From positions 12,603,701 through 12,667,401 of the forward strand of contig NC_069004.1 of NCBI RefSeq assembly GCF_001194135.2: a stretch of DNA of 63,701 bases, read 5' to 3'. This document shows positions 1 to 13,469 of the stretch, piece by piece. Under the pieces are notes generated by a model. It ran no database searches and had not been told where the DNA came from. It saw nothing but the letters and a program-made list of their open reading frames with translations. Within the stretch, counting starts at the first letter, position 1. Each line of letters opens with the position of its first letter. Source of the DNA: Octopus bimaculoides. Lineage: Eukaryota. Both the position numbers and the translations under genes were made by a program.

Positions 1-59
1 ATATATATGTATATGTATATATATATATGTATATGTATATGTATATATATATATATATG

Positions 60-132
<73 letters not shown>

Positions 133-276
133 GTATATGTATATATATGTATATGTATATATGTATATGTATATGTGTATATATATATGTATATGTATAT
201 ATGTATATGTGTATATGTATATGTGTATATGTATATGTGTATATATGTATATGTATGTATATATATATATATATGT
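1..276. repeat. (TA)n/(TATG)n compound microsatellite
   Basis: Only T, A and G in alternating runs; explains the YIYMYV-type ORFs at 7-295. Confidence 0.95.
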
Positions 277-342
277 ATCAAATTCTATAACATAGCATTT
301 ACCCTGTATTTTCTCACTCTTTCTCTCACTTATCTCCCGCAG

Positions 343-726
343 ACTTCAAATGTCAGTGACGAGGAAACAAAACCAAAACCAAAACCAAAACTGCACCATT
401 ATGCTGGTGCTAAAGAACAAAGTCTGTCGGTAAAGGTGAAACAGAAACAGGTGCATCGCAACACCATGATCATTAGGATGCAACCTGCACTAAGCACACT
501 GCGAAATAAGGTACACTACATCATTGTTGATGGTGGTGACAGCGACAAGTTTGTGATGCACGAAAAGAATAACATAAGCTCACTGCGACTGAAGGAAAAA
601 GTAAAAGGGCCACAGGTTTTCAAAATAGACATCAAGTGTCAGCCGTTATCAAGCACTGATGAGTTCAATGGTGAGAAGATAGAGCTGGATACATCTATTA
701 TACACCTCAAGATATATGTTCTTTGA
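343..726 (+). CDS. FBN: Fibrillin, terminal coding exon (C-terminal propeptide / cadherin-like unique domain), 127 aa + stop
   Basis: Pyrimidine tract and CAG acceptor (ttctctcacttatctcccgcag) at 321-342, phase 0, TGA at 724-726. [41 protein letters not shown] aligns by eye with human FBN1 [41 protein letters not shown] (recalled). The paralogue cannot be assigned. Confidence 0.8.
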   Translation, partial: TSNVSDEETKPKPKPKLHHYAGAKEQSLSVKVKQKQVHRNTMIIRMQPALSTLRNKVHYIIVDGGDSDKFVMHEKNNISSLRLKEKVKGPQVFKIDIKCQPLSSTDEFNGEKIELDTSIIHLKIYVL

Positions 727-784
727 TCATAGAACTGAACTGAACACACATCCCCTTAAGCCACCCATCAAGGAAAGGCACCAC

Positions 785-790
785 AATAAA
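785..790 (+). promoter_or_regulatory. Candidate polyadenylation signal for the fibrillin transcript
   Basis: AATAAA 59 nt after the stop codon; a second one lies near 871. Common in AT-rich DNA. Confidence 0.3.
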
Positions 791-1579
791 CTTCAAATGA
801 ATACAAAACACCGCAACATTTTTTCTGTTTTTTTCCCAGAAGAGAAAGAAAATATTACCAAAAAAAAAAAATAAAAAGACGAAAGTTTGAACCAAAAAAA
901 TACAAAAATTTTTCTAAACGAAGAAAGAAAAGAAAANNNNNNNNNNNNNNNNNNNNNNNNNNNNNNNNNNNNNNNNNNNNNNNNNNNNNNNNNNNNNNNN
1001 NNNNNNNNNNNNNNNNNNNNNNNNNNNNNNNNNNNNNNNNNNNNNNNNNNNNNNNNNNNNNNNNNNNNNNNNNNNNNNNNNNNNNNNNNNNNNNNNNNNN
1101 NNNNNNNNNNNNNNNNNNNNNNNNNNNNNNNNNNNNNNNNNNNNNNNNNNNNNNNNNNNNNNNNNNNNNNNNNNNNNNNNNNNNNNNNNNNNNNNNNNNN
1201 NNNNNNNNNNNNNNNNNNNNNNNNNNNNNNNNNNNNNNNNNNNNNNNNNNNNNNNNNNNNNNNNNNNNNNNNNNNNNNNNNNNNNNNNNNNNNNNNNNNN
1301 NNNNNNNNNNNNNNNNNNNNNNNNNNNNNNNNNNNNNNNNNNNNNNNNNNNNNNNNNNNNNNNNNNNNNNNNNNNNNNNNNNNNNNNNNNNNNNNNNNNN
1401 NNNNNNNNNNNNNNNNNNNNNNNNNNNNNNNNNNNNNNNNNNNNNNNNNNNNNNNNNNNNNNNNNNNNNNNNNNNNNNNNNNNNNNNNNNNNNNNNNNNN
1501 NNNNNNNNNNNNNNNNNNNNNNNNNNNNNNNNNNNNNNNNNNNNNNNNNNNNNNNNNNNNNNNNNNNNNNNNNNNNNNN

Positions 1580-1621
<42 letters not shown>

Positions 1622-2269
1622 CATGTATGACGCTACTTCAAGCTAATGGGGCAGGGCCCCTCTATACAGTTGTTTGACCTGCTAGAAATAGCAACCATAT
1701 TTCCTGAAATACACACCCTACCACAATCTTAAGAATGAAAAAGACAGGCTGGAAATATGTAAGAATACAAAAAGCCAGGATGGTCACATCTGGAATACCT
1801 TCTGATCATAGGTCCATTAGAGCAAAAATACACAAAAGTGGTGCTATTTTTTTGCAGCCACATTTTTTCCTCTTCTTAACACCTTTGACGCCAAAGTTAA
1901 AAGATGACATTCTTGGAAAATGTCAACAGAAAAGAGAAAAGATCAACCTTTTAATTTCATTTGTTGAAGAAACAAAATGATAAAAAGTTAATTTCACACT
2001 TTTCTCTTGTACTCTTCCCCTTACTCATACACCCTCCCCTTTTCTCCCATACTTTCCCTCTTTTGCCTATACACTGCCCCTCCCTTTCCTCTTATACTCT
2101 CCCTTTTTTTTCCTGTTCTTCCCCTTTTCTCCCTCTCCCCTGTTCTCATGTATTCTATTGTACTTTCACGTTTATTCTGTACTTTCCCCTTTTCTTAAGC
2201 GCTCTCCCCTTTTCCTTTGCACTCTATTCTAAAAATATAACAGGTCTGTTCTTAAATATAAAAAAAAAA

Positions 2270-3560
2270 CAATGATAATTATTTCTGATATAAACAAAAG
2301 GCCTTAAATTTGAGGGAGAGATCAATTTGGCTATGTTGATCCCTGTACTTAACTATAATAATAATAATAATGCTTTCTAATTTTGGCACATGGCCATAAA
2401 TCTTAGCAGAAGGGGTTGGTCAATTACACTGGACCTAGTGCTCAGCTGGTACCTATGTTATCAACCCCAAAAGGAAGAAAGGCAAAAGTGACCTTAGCAG
2501 AATTTGAACTCAGAATTGAAGGTGGATAAAATGCCACCAATTATTTAGCCCAGCACACTAACATTTCTGTTATTATTATTATCATCATTATTATTATTAA
2601 TAAGGTAGCAAGCTGGCAGAATCGTTAGCATGCTGGACAAAATGCTTAGCGGTATTTCACCCGTCGCTACATTCTGAGTTCAAATTCCACCAAGGTTGAC
2701 TTTGCCTTTCAACCTTTCGTGGTCGATAAATTAAGTACCAGTTATGCACTGGGGTCAATGTAATTGACTATTCCCCTCCCCACAAATTTGAGGCCTTGTG
2801 CCTCCAGCAGAAAGGATGATGATGATGATTATTATTATTATCATTGTTATTATTATTATTATTATTAAAGCTGCAAGCTGGCAGAATTGTTAGCACACCG
2901 GGTGAAATGCTTAATGGTATTTTGTCTGCCGCTATATTCTGAGTTCAAATTCGGCCAAGGTTGACTTTGCCTTTCATCTTTTTGGGCTCGATTAAATAAG
3001 TACCAGTTACACACTGAGGTCAACTAATTGACTAAATCCCCTATCCTAAGCTGCCCTTGTGGCAAAAAATTTGAAATCCTTATTATCATTTATTATTACG
3101 ATTATTATTATTATTACTATTATTATTATTATAAAGGTGGTAAAAAAATGCTAAAATACCCAAAGGTATTTATAATGTCTTCATGCCGTTTCCTTGGTTC
3201 AAATTCTACTAGGGACCAACATTGCTTCTTATACACATGGTTTGGAGAGATCGATGAAATACAAATAGCAGTTAAGTTCTAGAAAGAGGAAGCTTGGTCG
3301 AGTTAATCAACTTTAAAACACGCCTTGTTACCCCTACTACAAAATGTCTGAAGCCCTGTACCATGGACTGATAAAAGCAATGGATTACCTTGAGGTATTA
3401 GTTTCAATCCTCTGCAGACTGAGTTCAAATTTCAATATGGTCAACTTTAATGTTCGTCTTTCCGGGACCGATAAATTAAAGTACCATTGACCAGGATTGA
3501 TATAATTGAGTGTTCATTGTCCCCTCAAAACTTGATGTGCCTAAATTTGAAGCAACCATT

Positions 3561-3616
<56 letters not shown>

Positions 3617-4556
3617 GGCAGCAAGCTGGCAGAATCATTAGCACGCTGGACGAAATGCTTAATGGTATTTCACCTGTCGCTACATTCTGAGTTTAAATTC
3701 CGCTGAGGTTGACTTTGCCTTTCATCCTTTCGGGGATCAATTAAATAAGTACCAGTTATGCACTGAGGTCATATATAATCGACTAGTCCCCTCCCCACAA
3801 ATTTCAGGCTTTCTGCCTAGAGCAGAAAAGATTATTGTTATTATTATTATTATTATTGAAGGCAGTGAGTGGTAAAGTCATTAGACCATCAGACAAAATG
3901 TCATGTGGTATTTTCCCTGCTCCTTTACACTCTGAGTTCAAATCCTGCTGTAGCCAGTTTGCCTTTCAGCCTTCCAAGATTGATAAATTAAAGTACTGGC
4001 TAAGTGGCATTAATTAGTCCCCTCCCCTCAAAATTGCTGATAAATCAGAAACTATATCATTATTATTAATAGTAGTAGTAGTAGTAGTAGTATTAGGATG
4101 GTGAATTGTTGGAGAAAATATTTTGAGTTATTCAGTGATGGTTCTTTATGGTCGGCAATTAAATCGTGTTGTGGAAGTTAACTTGGTTTTTTTTTTGGTT
4201 TTTTTTTGTCCTCCTGGGGTTGATAAAACAAAGAAATAAAGCATCAACCAACCACTGCGATTAACTTAATTGACTGACTAATCTTTCATCTCTTATGTGA
4301 TTATAATGGCTCCAAATTTTGGCACAAGACCAAAATTTTAACGGGAGGTGGGCGAGTCGACTACATCAATACCAGTGCTCTGCAGGTACTTAATTTATCA
4401 ACCCTGCAAAAATGAAAGACAAAGTTGACCCTGGTGGAATTTGAACTCAAGAACATAAAGATGGATGAAATGCTGCTAAGCACTTTTCACAGCATGCTAA
4501 CAACTGTGCCAACTTAATACCTTATTTAGATGAAACAATATTCTATATGATGATCA

Positions 4557-4589
<33 letters not shown>

Positions 4590-5720
4590 CCTTGAAGGGA
4601 AACATCCAATGTAATAATCCTTTCCATCTTTAGGCAGAGTTACGATAGCGATTTTATCCAGGTAACACACACACACACACACATATGTATAGAGATAAAT
4701 AGATTAGATATACACACACACACACACAAACACAATTTCTTAGTGTCTAGAGAATGTTTTCTTCTCTATCAGCAACTGAAATCCTTCGAACTATAAAAAA
4801 CAAAGTGTGCCTTAACTTTTGTTCAGAAATCTTCTTTCTCTTTCTCTCTCTTTCTCTCTATCTCTATTTGTCTTTGTCTCTCTATCTCTCTCTCTCTCAT
4901 CTCTCGAACCAGTATATTTTTTTTTATAGTTATTTTAATATTATCATTATTATTATTATTATTATTATTATTACTTGGAATGGCAGAATTGTTAGTGTCA
5001 GAGAAATGCCTCCTGGTATTTATTTCCAATCCTTTGTTGAAATCTGAGTGGAAATACAGCAGAGGCTAACTTTGCCTTTAATCCTTTTGAGATTAAGGCA
5101 GAGTTGGTTTGATCCCACAATCCCTACCCACCAAATATCTGGCCTTGCACCAGTGTTATAAAGTATTATTATTATTATTATTAAAATGCCACCAACATCT
5201 GTTTTTACCTTTCATTCTTCCAGGGTCAATAGATCAAGTTCTGGGGTTACTGTCATTGACTAGCTCCGTCCCCTAAAATTTTAGGCTTTGTGCCTATAGC
5301 AGAAAGAATTATTATTATTATTCAGTAGTCTTATTTTTATCACGTGCTTTCACTTCACTACCGAGCGCAGCTCTGTGCGCCTTGGGTATGTGCTGTGGTT
5401 TGTTGTGATGCTCTTATTGTTACTGTATTGATTATTATTATTGTAATCATTATTATTATTATTATTTTAGTGTTAAGGTGGTGAGCTGGCAGAATTGTTA
5501 ACGTATCAGAAAAAATGCTTAGTATCATTTCTTCTGAGTACAACCCCTGCCAGGTCAGCTTTGCTCTTCTCCTACTTCTGCAGAGGAGGGGGTTAAAAAA
5601 ATAAAGTACTAATAAATTGCGGGGTAAAAGGCTTGATATAATCATCTGTTCTCTTCCTACTCCCCCATCAAAAACCAAAAGGGGGTGGCCATTTGTGCCT
5701 GTTAGAAGTACTCATTATTA
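2270..5720. mobile_element. Cluster of about 12 tRNA-derived SINE copies (Meta-domain-like core) joined by (TAT)n
   Basis: Repeated unit aaggc..gagctggcagaatcgttagc...ctgagttcaaattcc...gactttgcctttcatcctttcggggtcgataaattaagtaccag. Clear copies at about 2600-2820, 2866-3080, 3614-3830, 3857-4050 (+) and 2370-2560, 4310-4520 (-). Confidence 0.85.
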
Positions 5721-6214
5721 TTATTATCTTTATTATTATTATTATTATTATTATTATCTTTATTATTATTATACTGAAAATTACAAGGGACCATCCCTCT
5801 TGTAGGGGTCACTCAGTATTTTGATCAACCACTCACACTCCACCTCCACTCTCACCCCACCCACCACCATATTACATGAGGGAGGGGAAAATATGAATAA
5901 TTTATAGATTATGTATAAATCTATACATCTTTCTCCTCCCCTGCTTCCACTCCACCCTGCTCCACTAACGAACCACATAGCTTAGATGTGACATGTGACA
6001 TGTTTAGCATTGCAAGAATGCAATAATTCCTGGATCAGAGACAAAAAACAAAATGAAAATCAGTGCCATGACAAACTAAGGAGATTAAATATTCTGAAAC
6101 ATAAAAACAAACAAAATACCACATTTTTATTTTAAAAAAAGTGGGTTGTAATGAAAATATAAATGTCCAAATCATTATTTTATTATCATGCCCTCCTATA
6201 AACTTACTCATCAA

Positions 6215-6960
6215 GAGATGTAATAATTCAAATGTAAATGGAGCAACATCTCTCTGGGTACAAGGGTACATAATAAATTTACTGTTGATTATCTGATGGA
6301 CATCACAAGCATACATAAACAATTGATATGTAGAAAGGCCAACAGCTCTACTGCCAGGGCATCTAAAAATTTAGATGTAGCTAGATGGGAACATAGCCAT
6401 ATTCGATTCAGATGTAGATGAACCATCATTCTACCCCTAAGGCTACATAATTTTGCTGCTGGTGAGCTGAAATGCTCTACATAACAACTGAAATGTAGGA
6501 CCAAAAACTCTGCTATTCCAATAATTGAATGGAGCAAATACCCATACCTGATTCAAATATAGATGAGCCAAAATCTCTACCCACAAGGACATGTAACAAA
6601 GCAACTGTTGATGAGCTGACATACTCCACAAGGATATGTAACAATTGAAATGTGTGGACAGACTAACATTTCTACTACCAGGGGACCTAATAATTGAAAT
6701 ATAGATGGGGACATATTCATACCTGATGATGCTGTTATTCAACCATAGATGATAGGGCAACATTCCTACCACTGGGGTATGTAATAATTTAACTGTAGGT
6801 GGGTCAACTTACCCTTCTTGTAGGGCATGCAATAACACAACTGTAGATAGGGCAAGATCCCTACCGCTGGGGTATGCAATAATTTAACTGCAAGTGGTCA
6901 ACATGCTCCTCTATCAGGGTATGCAATAACACAACTATACATAGGACAAGATCCTATAAT
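6215..6960. repeat. Degenerate ~47-bp minisatellite
   Basis: Monomers begin with aataa at 6783, 6831, 6878 and 6925; more decayed copies continue leftward. Confidence 0.7.
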
Positions 6961-8337
6961 TGGAGATCCCTATAACATGTCTGCTATCAGGCAGAGTGTA
7001 TAATTCTTTATCCCAAACCCTATAACTCTACTCAATATAATTCTGCAGTTGATTGCCTGCTTTATCTAAAATATCTCTCCCTACTGCGATAACTTTCAGT
7101 GGCATTGGTCTATTCCAGACCCACCCCTACCGCCACCACCACCAGTACTGAGAGATAATATTTTACAATTGATAGATTATTTTATACCAAAATAAATTAT
7201 ATCCTGCTAATGAATATAGTTTACAGGTGACCAGAATTAGTAATTCATGTATAATAGTCCCTTCCATCATGGTAAGTGAAATCATATCTCTCTCTTTCAC
7301 ACACACATACACACACACACACATTTCCCTTCCCGCAGCATTATTTTCAATTAGTTAAAATTCCTTGGGGTTGACTTCCCTGCCTTTATTGACCAGAATT
7401 ACTCATTAAGATAATGGCTGGTTCTAATCACAATGGTTATAATTATGATTAATAATCAATGTCTTGGTTCATTACGCTAAATACATTACCACCCACTTCA
7501 CAGAATAACAGCTTGTTAAACACTAACCAACGGATCAATATCCAGTTTTAAACATGTCATCAACGTCTCATCTTATCTCTTTCTCTCTCTCTCTCTGTCT
7601 GCAACATTTTGTATTTCTGGAGATGATTACATAACTGCCAGTGTATCAAATTAGAGTGTTATTAGTGTTTCTTTGTTTGTTCTTTTTTTTTAATAATATT
7701 ACAACTGCTTCATGTAACACCAGTGTCAGAAAACGAAAATAAAGTTAAATAAATTTGTTTTTTGAGCTTTGCCTTCCATCATTTTCCCTTTTTTTTTTCT
7801 TTCCTTCTTGCTTTGAGCACCTGCAGAAGAGATGAGTAAAGGGACTTGGCCTAGTGGTTAGGATGTTACACTCACAATCACAAGATTGTAGTTTCGATTC
7901 CTGGACAGGGCAGCACATTGTGTTCTAGAGCAAAACACTTTGCTTCAAGTTGTCCCAGTCCACTCAGCTGTGAATGAGTAACCCTGTGACTGATTGATTT
8001 CCCATTCAAGAGAGTCGTTGGGATCTTGATCACTTATAACCCATGGAGACTGGGAAACTGAGACTTGACACAGTTATATCCAAGGGTTGATGGTCGTGAG
8101 TAGTCATGGAGATTTCAACCCTCTCACGCAGGAAAATCAGTCTTATAAAGCCACAAAGATGAAGATTTATAACTTCATGAAGAGGAATTAATTGTGTAAA
8201 TATATATAGTTATTCGATTAATCCATGGCCTAGTTCAACATGTCCAGTTGGGTTTAGTGAAGTTCTTTTTGTAACGAACTTTTGAGTTATATTTTCAGTT
8301 TGTGGTCCGGGAATAACTTTCTTTTGGACAGATAGAC

Positions 8338-8437
8338 NNNNNNNNNNNNNNNNNNNNNNNNNNNNNNNNNNNNNNNNNNNNNNNNNNNNNNNNNNNNNNN
8401 NNNNNNNNNNNNNNNNNNNNNNNNNNNNNNNNNNNNN
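8338..8437. other. 100-N assembly gap (probably unsized)
   Basis: Exactly 100 N, as is 43961-44060. Other gaps: 937-1579, 11763-12017, 14912-15417, 16272-16321, 34636-35097, 49012-49394, 52058-52192, 54742-54751, 56093-56264. Confidence 0.9.
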
Positions 8438-8569
8438 CCAGAAAATGGTACATCAACTAACATGGATACAGAGGGTACAGAGTCAACGCCACACTAACCA
8501 TTGTCCAAGACCATCACAGACGATGGATCAGGGATGGCCACCACTAACACCAGGAACCCCTGCACAGAT

Positions 8570-8686
8570 ATCACACCCATATTCTTACTGAATATCCGGG
8601 GCCTATTACGAACAGGCGGCAAAGACAAGTTTCTATACCTGAAAGACCTAGTTACATGCAATCAAGCAATATGCATGGTGCTTACC
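8570..8686 (+). mobile_element. LINE AP-endonuclease N-terminal fragment
   Basis: PIFLLNIRGLLRTGGKDKFLYLKDLVTCNQAICMVLT matches the NxRGL...K...L.....LxET start of APE domains, truncated before the ET. Confidence 0.55.
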
Positions 8687-8801
8687 TTATGCACGGCAGT
8701 TTCCCTTAGTCAAATATTATCACGAATATATTTGAAAGACTGTTCTGACATCTCTAAAGGAGAACCTAATTTTTCCAATGATAAAATATTAAGTACTTTT
8801 A

Positions 8802-9110
<309 letters not shown>

Positions 9111-9959
9111 TCATCAGCCAGGGGCTGCACAAGGTTTCATTGTCTGTTTTGACCTAGTTTCTACAACTGGATGCCCTTCCTAATGCCAACCACTTCACAG
9201 AGCATACTGGGAGCTTTTTATGTGGCACCATCACCAAGTGTTTTTTATGACATCTATAATATCACTGCTAGAAATAGCAGTCAACTCACCTTAAAATCAC
9301 ATCACGTTGTTATTTTTTTCTTTATTAGTTTCAGCTCAAAAGCTACAGCCATACTGTGGCAAAACATAAGCTACATTAAACAATGGAGCTCTAGAGACAT
9401 TATTCTTGAAGAAACGTTGGGATGGTCACCTTTGACCATATGTTCATACCTAATCTCTCAAAAAATAAGATCACAATACAGACATACATACAGGGTGCAG
9501 GCATGGCTGTGTGATAAGAAGCTTGCTTCTCAACCACATGATTCTAGGTTCAGTCCCACTGTGTGGCACCTAAGACAAGTGTCTTGGGCCAACCAAAGCT
9601 TTGTGAGTGGATTTCGTAGATGGAAACTGAAAGGAACCTGTCATGTATATGTGTGTCTTCGTGTTTGTCCTCCACCACCGCTTAACAACTGGTGTTGGTT
9701 TGTTTACATCCCTGTAACTTAGCAATTTGGCAAAAGAGACTGATCAGGTGAATACCAGATTTAAAAAGAAAATAAGTACAAGGGTTGATTAATTTGACTA
9801 AAATTCCTGAAGGTGATGCCCCAGCATGGCCATAGTCTAATGACTGAGACAAGTAAAAGAGAAAAGATATATTCGCTAGAAACAGCTGTAGTGAGAAGTG
9901 GTTCATATTTTGTACCAGATAATATTTTTGAGTTTTTCATTCACTTTTACTACAAAATA

Positions 9960-10138
9960 GGCGCAGGAGTGGCTGTGTGGCAAGTAGCTTGCTTACCAAC
10001 CACATGGTTCTGGGTTGAGTCCCACTGCATGGCACCTTGGGCAAGTGTCTACTACTATAGCCTTGGGCCGACCAAAACCTTGTGAGTGGATTTGGTAGAC
10101 GGAAACTGAAAGAAGCCCATCATATATATGTATGTATG

Positions 10139-10181
<43 letters not shown>

Positions 10182-10387
10182 ATATGTTTGTGTGTCTGTA
10201 TTTGTCCCCCCAACATCGCTTGACAACAGATGCTGGTGTGTTTATGTCCCCCGTAACTTAGCGGTTTGGCAAAAGAGACCGATAGAATAAGTACTAGGCT
10301 TCCAAAGAATAAGTCCTGGGGTCGATTTGCTCGACTAAAGGCGGTGCTCCAGCATGGCCACAGTCAAATGACTGAAACAAGTAAAAC
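9960..10387 (+). mobile_element. Full-length tRNA-derived SINE with CORE-like segment (ccttgggcaagtgtc)
   Basis: Head ggcgcaggagtggctgtgtgg...gggttgagtcccactgc, internal (TA/TG)n, tail gactgaaacaagtaaaa. Related copies at about 9500-9860(+), 12720-13070(-), 14057-14390(-), 15433-15802(-), 41365-41722(-), 45086-45425(-), 47473-47945(+), 52195-52575(-), 56520-56810(-). Confidence 0.85.
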
Positions 10388-11594
10388 AGAGTAAAAAAAA
10401 AAAAGAAAGAGAGTATATAATTTTCATGGTTCTTTGAAGTCAACAAGTCAGACATCCTTATTCTAACCAAGACCTAATCAATATAATTTCTAGCCATAAC
10501 AAACTTTCATCATTAAAGCCCACAATTAAACAGAATTACACATCAAAGTTTATTTGAGATAATTAGCAACTTTTTTATTTGTTTTTGCTATATATTTTTT
10601 GTTATACAGGCTATGATTGTTTCTGATGATTTTTCTAAATTGTTGAAATTTTTTTTTGTCTTTGAATTTCAGGAAAATAATATTGATTACCTGAAATCAA
10701 TATTGATGATGTTGATTATATTAATACAAAGTAAGAGTTACACAATGATGTTGAAATTAGTGGGTGGGACTAGATTATTAGGTGTATAGTGAGAATCAAA
10801 CCTGATAAAGATTCAAGTAGGTGGGATAAGATTACCTAGGCAACAAGAATGGCACAGGCATGACCATGTGACTAACATACTTGCCTGACAAGCATACAAT
10901 TCCTGCTTCAGTCTTGCTGTGGAGCACCTTGGACATGTGAATTCCACCACAGGCTCAAATTAATGCTTGTAATGTTAAATATCTTTAATATCACCATTTT
11001 TGTTGCCGTATTTCTATTGAAATATGATGTCTTTGTTTTCAATTAATTTTGAGAAATTTGTCCACTACAACTGGACACTAATTTTGTTGTTATTTAGTTT
11101 TTCCAGTCTGCTATTTTGAACATATTGGTGATTTTGCATTTCATCTTTACAGGGTTGATAAAATAAACACCATGTCGATTTCTGGGGAGGGGTTATTGAA
11201 TTGATTTTCCCTTAAAAAAACATGGCTTTGTGCTTCTGTAAAAAAATCTTCACTGCTACTACTCCTACTACTACTACTACTGTGGTGAACCCTCTTCGGT
11301 CATGAATGACCATGTGATTACATCTAGGTTACCTTCTGAGGCACAAGCCCAGGCAAGGTTGTTTATGGAAGACCAACAGTCACCCATGCATACCAGCCTC
11401 TCCTTTCCATGCCACCAATGTTATCCAAGAGAAAGGCAAAGGCCGATGCAGATTGGCACCAGTGATGTTGCAATTCATTTCAAGAGCTGAGTGAACTCGA
11501 GCAATGTGAAATAAAGTGTCTTGCTCAAGAACACAACACACAGCCCGGTCTGGGGATCAAACATTCTCAGCCTCAAGATGATGAACCTGATGCT

Positions 11595-11647
11595 CACCAC
11601 CACCACCACCACCACCACCACTGCTTCTGCTGCTACTACTACTACTG

Positions 11648-11686
<39 letters not shown>

Positions 11687-11728
11687 TTACTACTACTATC
11701 ATTACTACTACCACTACCACCACCACTA
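11595..11728. repeat. (CAC)n/(TAC)n triplet microsatellite
   Basis: Explains the poly-Thr and poly-Val ORFs. Confidence 0.9.
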
Positions 11729-13469
11729 AAAAAAAATCGTTTTTATCTATTAAGTGAAAATTNNNNNNNNNNNNNNNNNNNNNNNNNNNNNNNNNNNNNN
11801 NNNNNNNNNNNNNNNNNNNNNNNNNNNNNNNNNNNNNNNNNNNNNNNNNNNNNNNNNNNNNNNNNNNNNNNNNNNNNNNNNNNNNNNNNNNNNNNNNNNN
11901 NNNNNNNNNNNNNNNNNNNNNNNNNNNNNNNNNNNNNNNNNNNNNNNNNNNNNNNNNNNNNNNNNNNNNNNNNNNNNNNNNNNNNNNNNNNNNNNNNNNN
12001 NNNNNNNNNNNNNNNNNTTATATCAGTGATATTGATGTCTGAGTTCATCCCATCCAAACTAATCTTTACATTCCATCCTAGTTCTCCCAACTATATCATC
12101 ATTTTACTTTTAATTATGGCTCAGAGGTTAAAAGGTTCCCTTGTCTATCGTTAGGTCCCTCAGTACAGTTCCCCCCCCCCCACTGCTTAGGCTTGGGATA
12201 ACCCAAGCTTTGTAAGGGAAACTGAGTGGAAGCCTATCCAATGATGTTTAATTCAAAAGCTACAGCCTTTGTCACACACTGTGTCTGTGGAATATTCAAC
12301 CACTTTTTTAAGTAGTTGTCCGGCATGATAACGATTCTGCCAGCTTGCTACCTTACCATCACTCACTGGTAATACTGCTTTCAAGTTTTTGGCACAAGGC
12401 CAGCAATTTCAGGAGAGGGATAGGTATTTTACATCAACCCCAATGCTCAACTGGTACTTATTTTATCAATTCCAAAAAGACAGAAGGCAAAGTCAACCTC
12501 GGTGGAATTTGAACTCAGAACATAAAGATGGACAAAATGCTGATAAGCAACTTTAGCCCAGCCTGCTAATGATTGTGTCTTCTCTTCATTCAAGCCTGTA
12601 AAATTATATTTTGTTAATAAAATATTGCTGATATCTAAATTTGTTTTTTCTTTTTTTTTTTTCAATTTATTAAAATATGAGATCCAGGTCCAGATCTTGT
12701 AAACATATTTTATCTTTTATCGTTTACTTGTTTCAGTCATTAGATTATGGCCATGCTGGGGCATCACTTTGAAGAATTTTTAGTCGACTGAATTGACCCC
12801 AGTACTTACATTTTGTCAATCCTGGTACTTATTCTATCGGTGTCTTTTGCTGAACTGCTTAGTTATGGGGATGTAAACAAACCAGCACAGGTTATCAAAT
12901 GGTGGTAGGAGACAAACACACACACATTTCTGATAGGCTTTGTTTAGTTTTCATCAACCAAATTCGCTCACAAGGTCCAAGGCTATAGTAGAAGATACTT
13001 GCTCAAGGTGCCATGCAGTGTGTCCAAACCCAAAACCATGTGGCTGGGAAGCAAGCTTCTTACCATGTGGTTGAGAAGCAAGCAACTATTTGTGACTAGA
13101 GATCTTGTACTTGATTCAGTCTGTTTACTGAGCAGATTAGTACAGTGTTGGTAGACCAACCAGATTGGTAGTGTATTGGTATAGCCCTGGTACGGTCTGT
13201 TTACTGGACTTAGAATCATCATTGTAAACAGACAAAAAACAACCAAATTAGAAATAATACATTTCTAAATCTCTCAGAGAGATTTATGCAGTAGTGACAC
13301 ATTGAAGTAGTTGAATGCTGTCAACTTAATGTGACAGTCCCATGAAGAGAATAATACTACTGTTGTTCAGACCTAGGAAGCTACACCGCTTCCTGTCGGC
13401 CTCGACACATTTCCTGTGTCCTTATGTTTACAAGGGGGAGACAAGCACCTCCACCCAGCTCAGCCTGCA

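Noticed and set aside
7-295. ORFs rich in Y/I/M/V/C, and similar ORFs throughout (poly-N, poly-Y, poly-L, HTHT, RERE)
   Set aside because: Translations of microsatellites. Only the portion of ORF 7-726 after the acceptor at 342 is coding.
887-1630. Long ORFs containing X runs (also at 11.7, 14.8, 16.2, 34.4, 43.9, 48.9, 52.0 and 56.0 kb)
   Set aside because: They are open only because N gaps contain no stop codons.
1800-1912. Minus-strand KKRKK stretch as a possible MK2 terminal exon with NLS
   Set aside because: No ATMRVD or NPLL context, the acceptor would be a rare AAG, and no frame aligns with the MK2 C-terminus.
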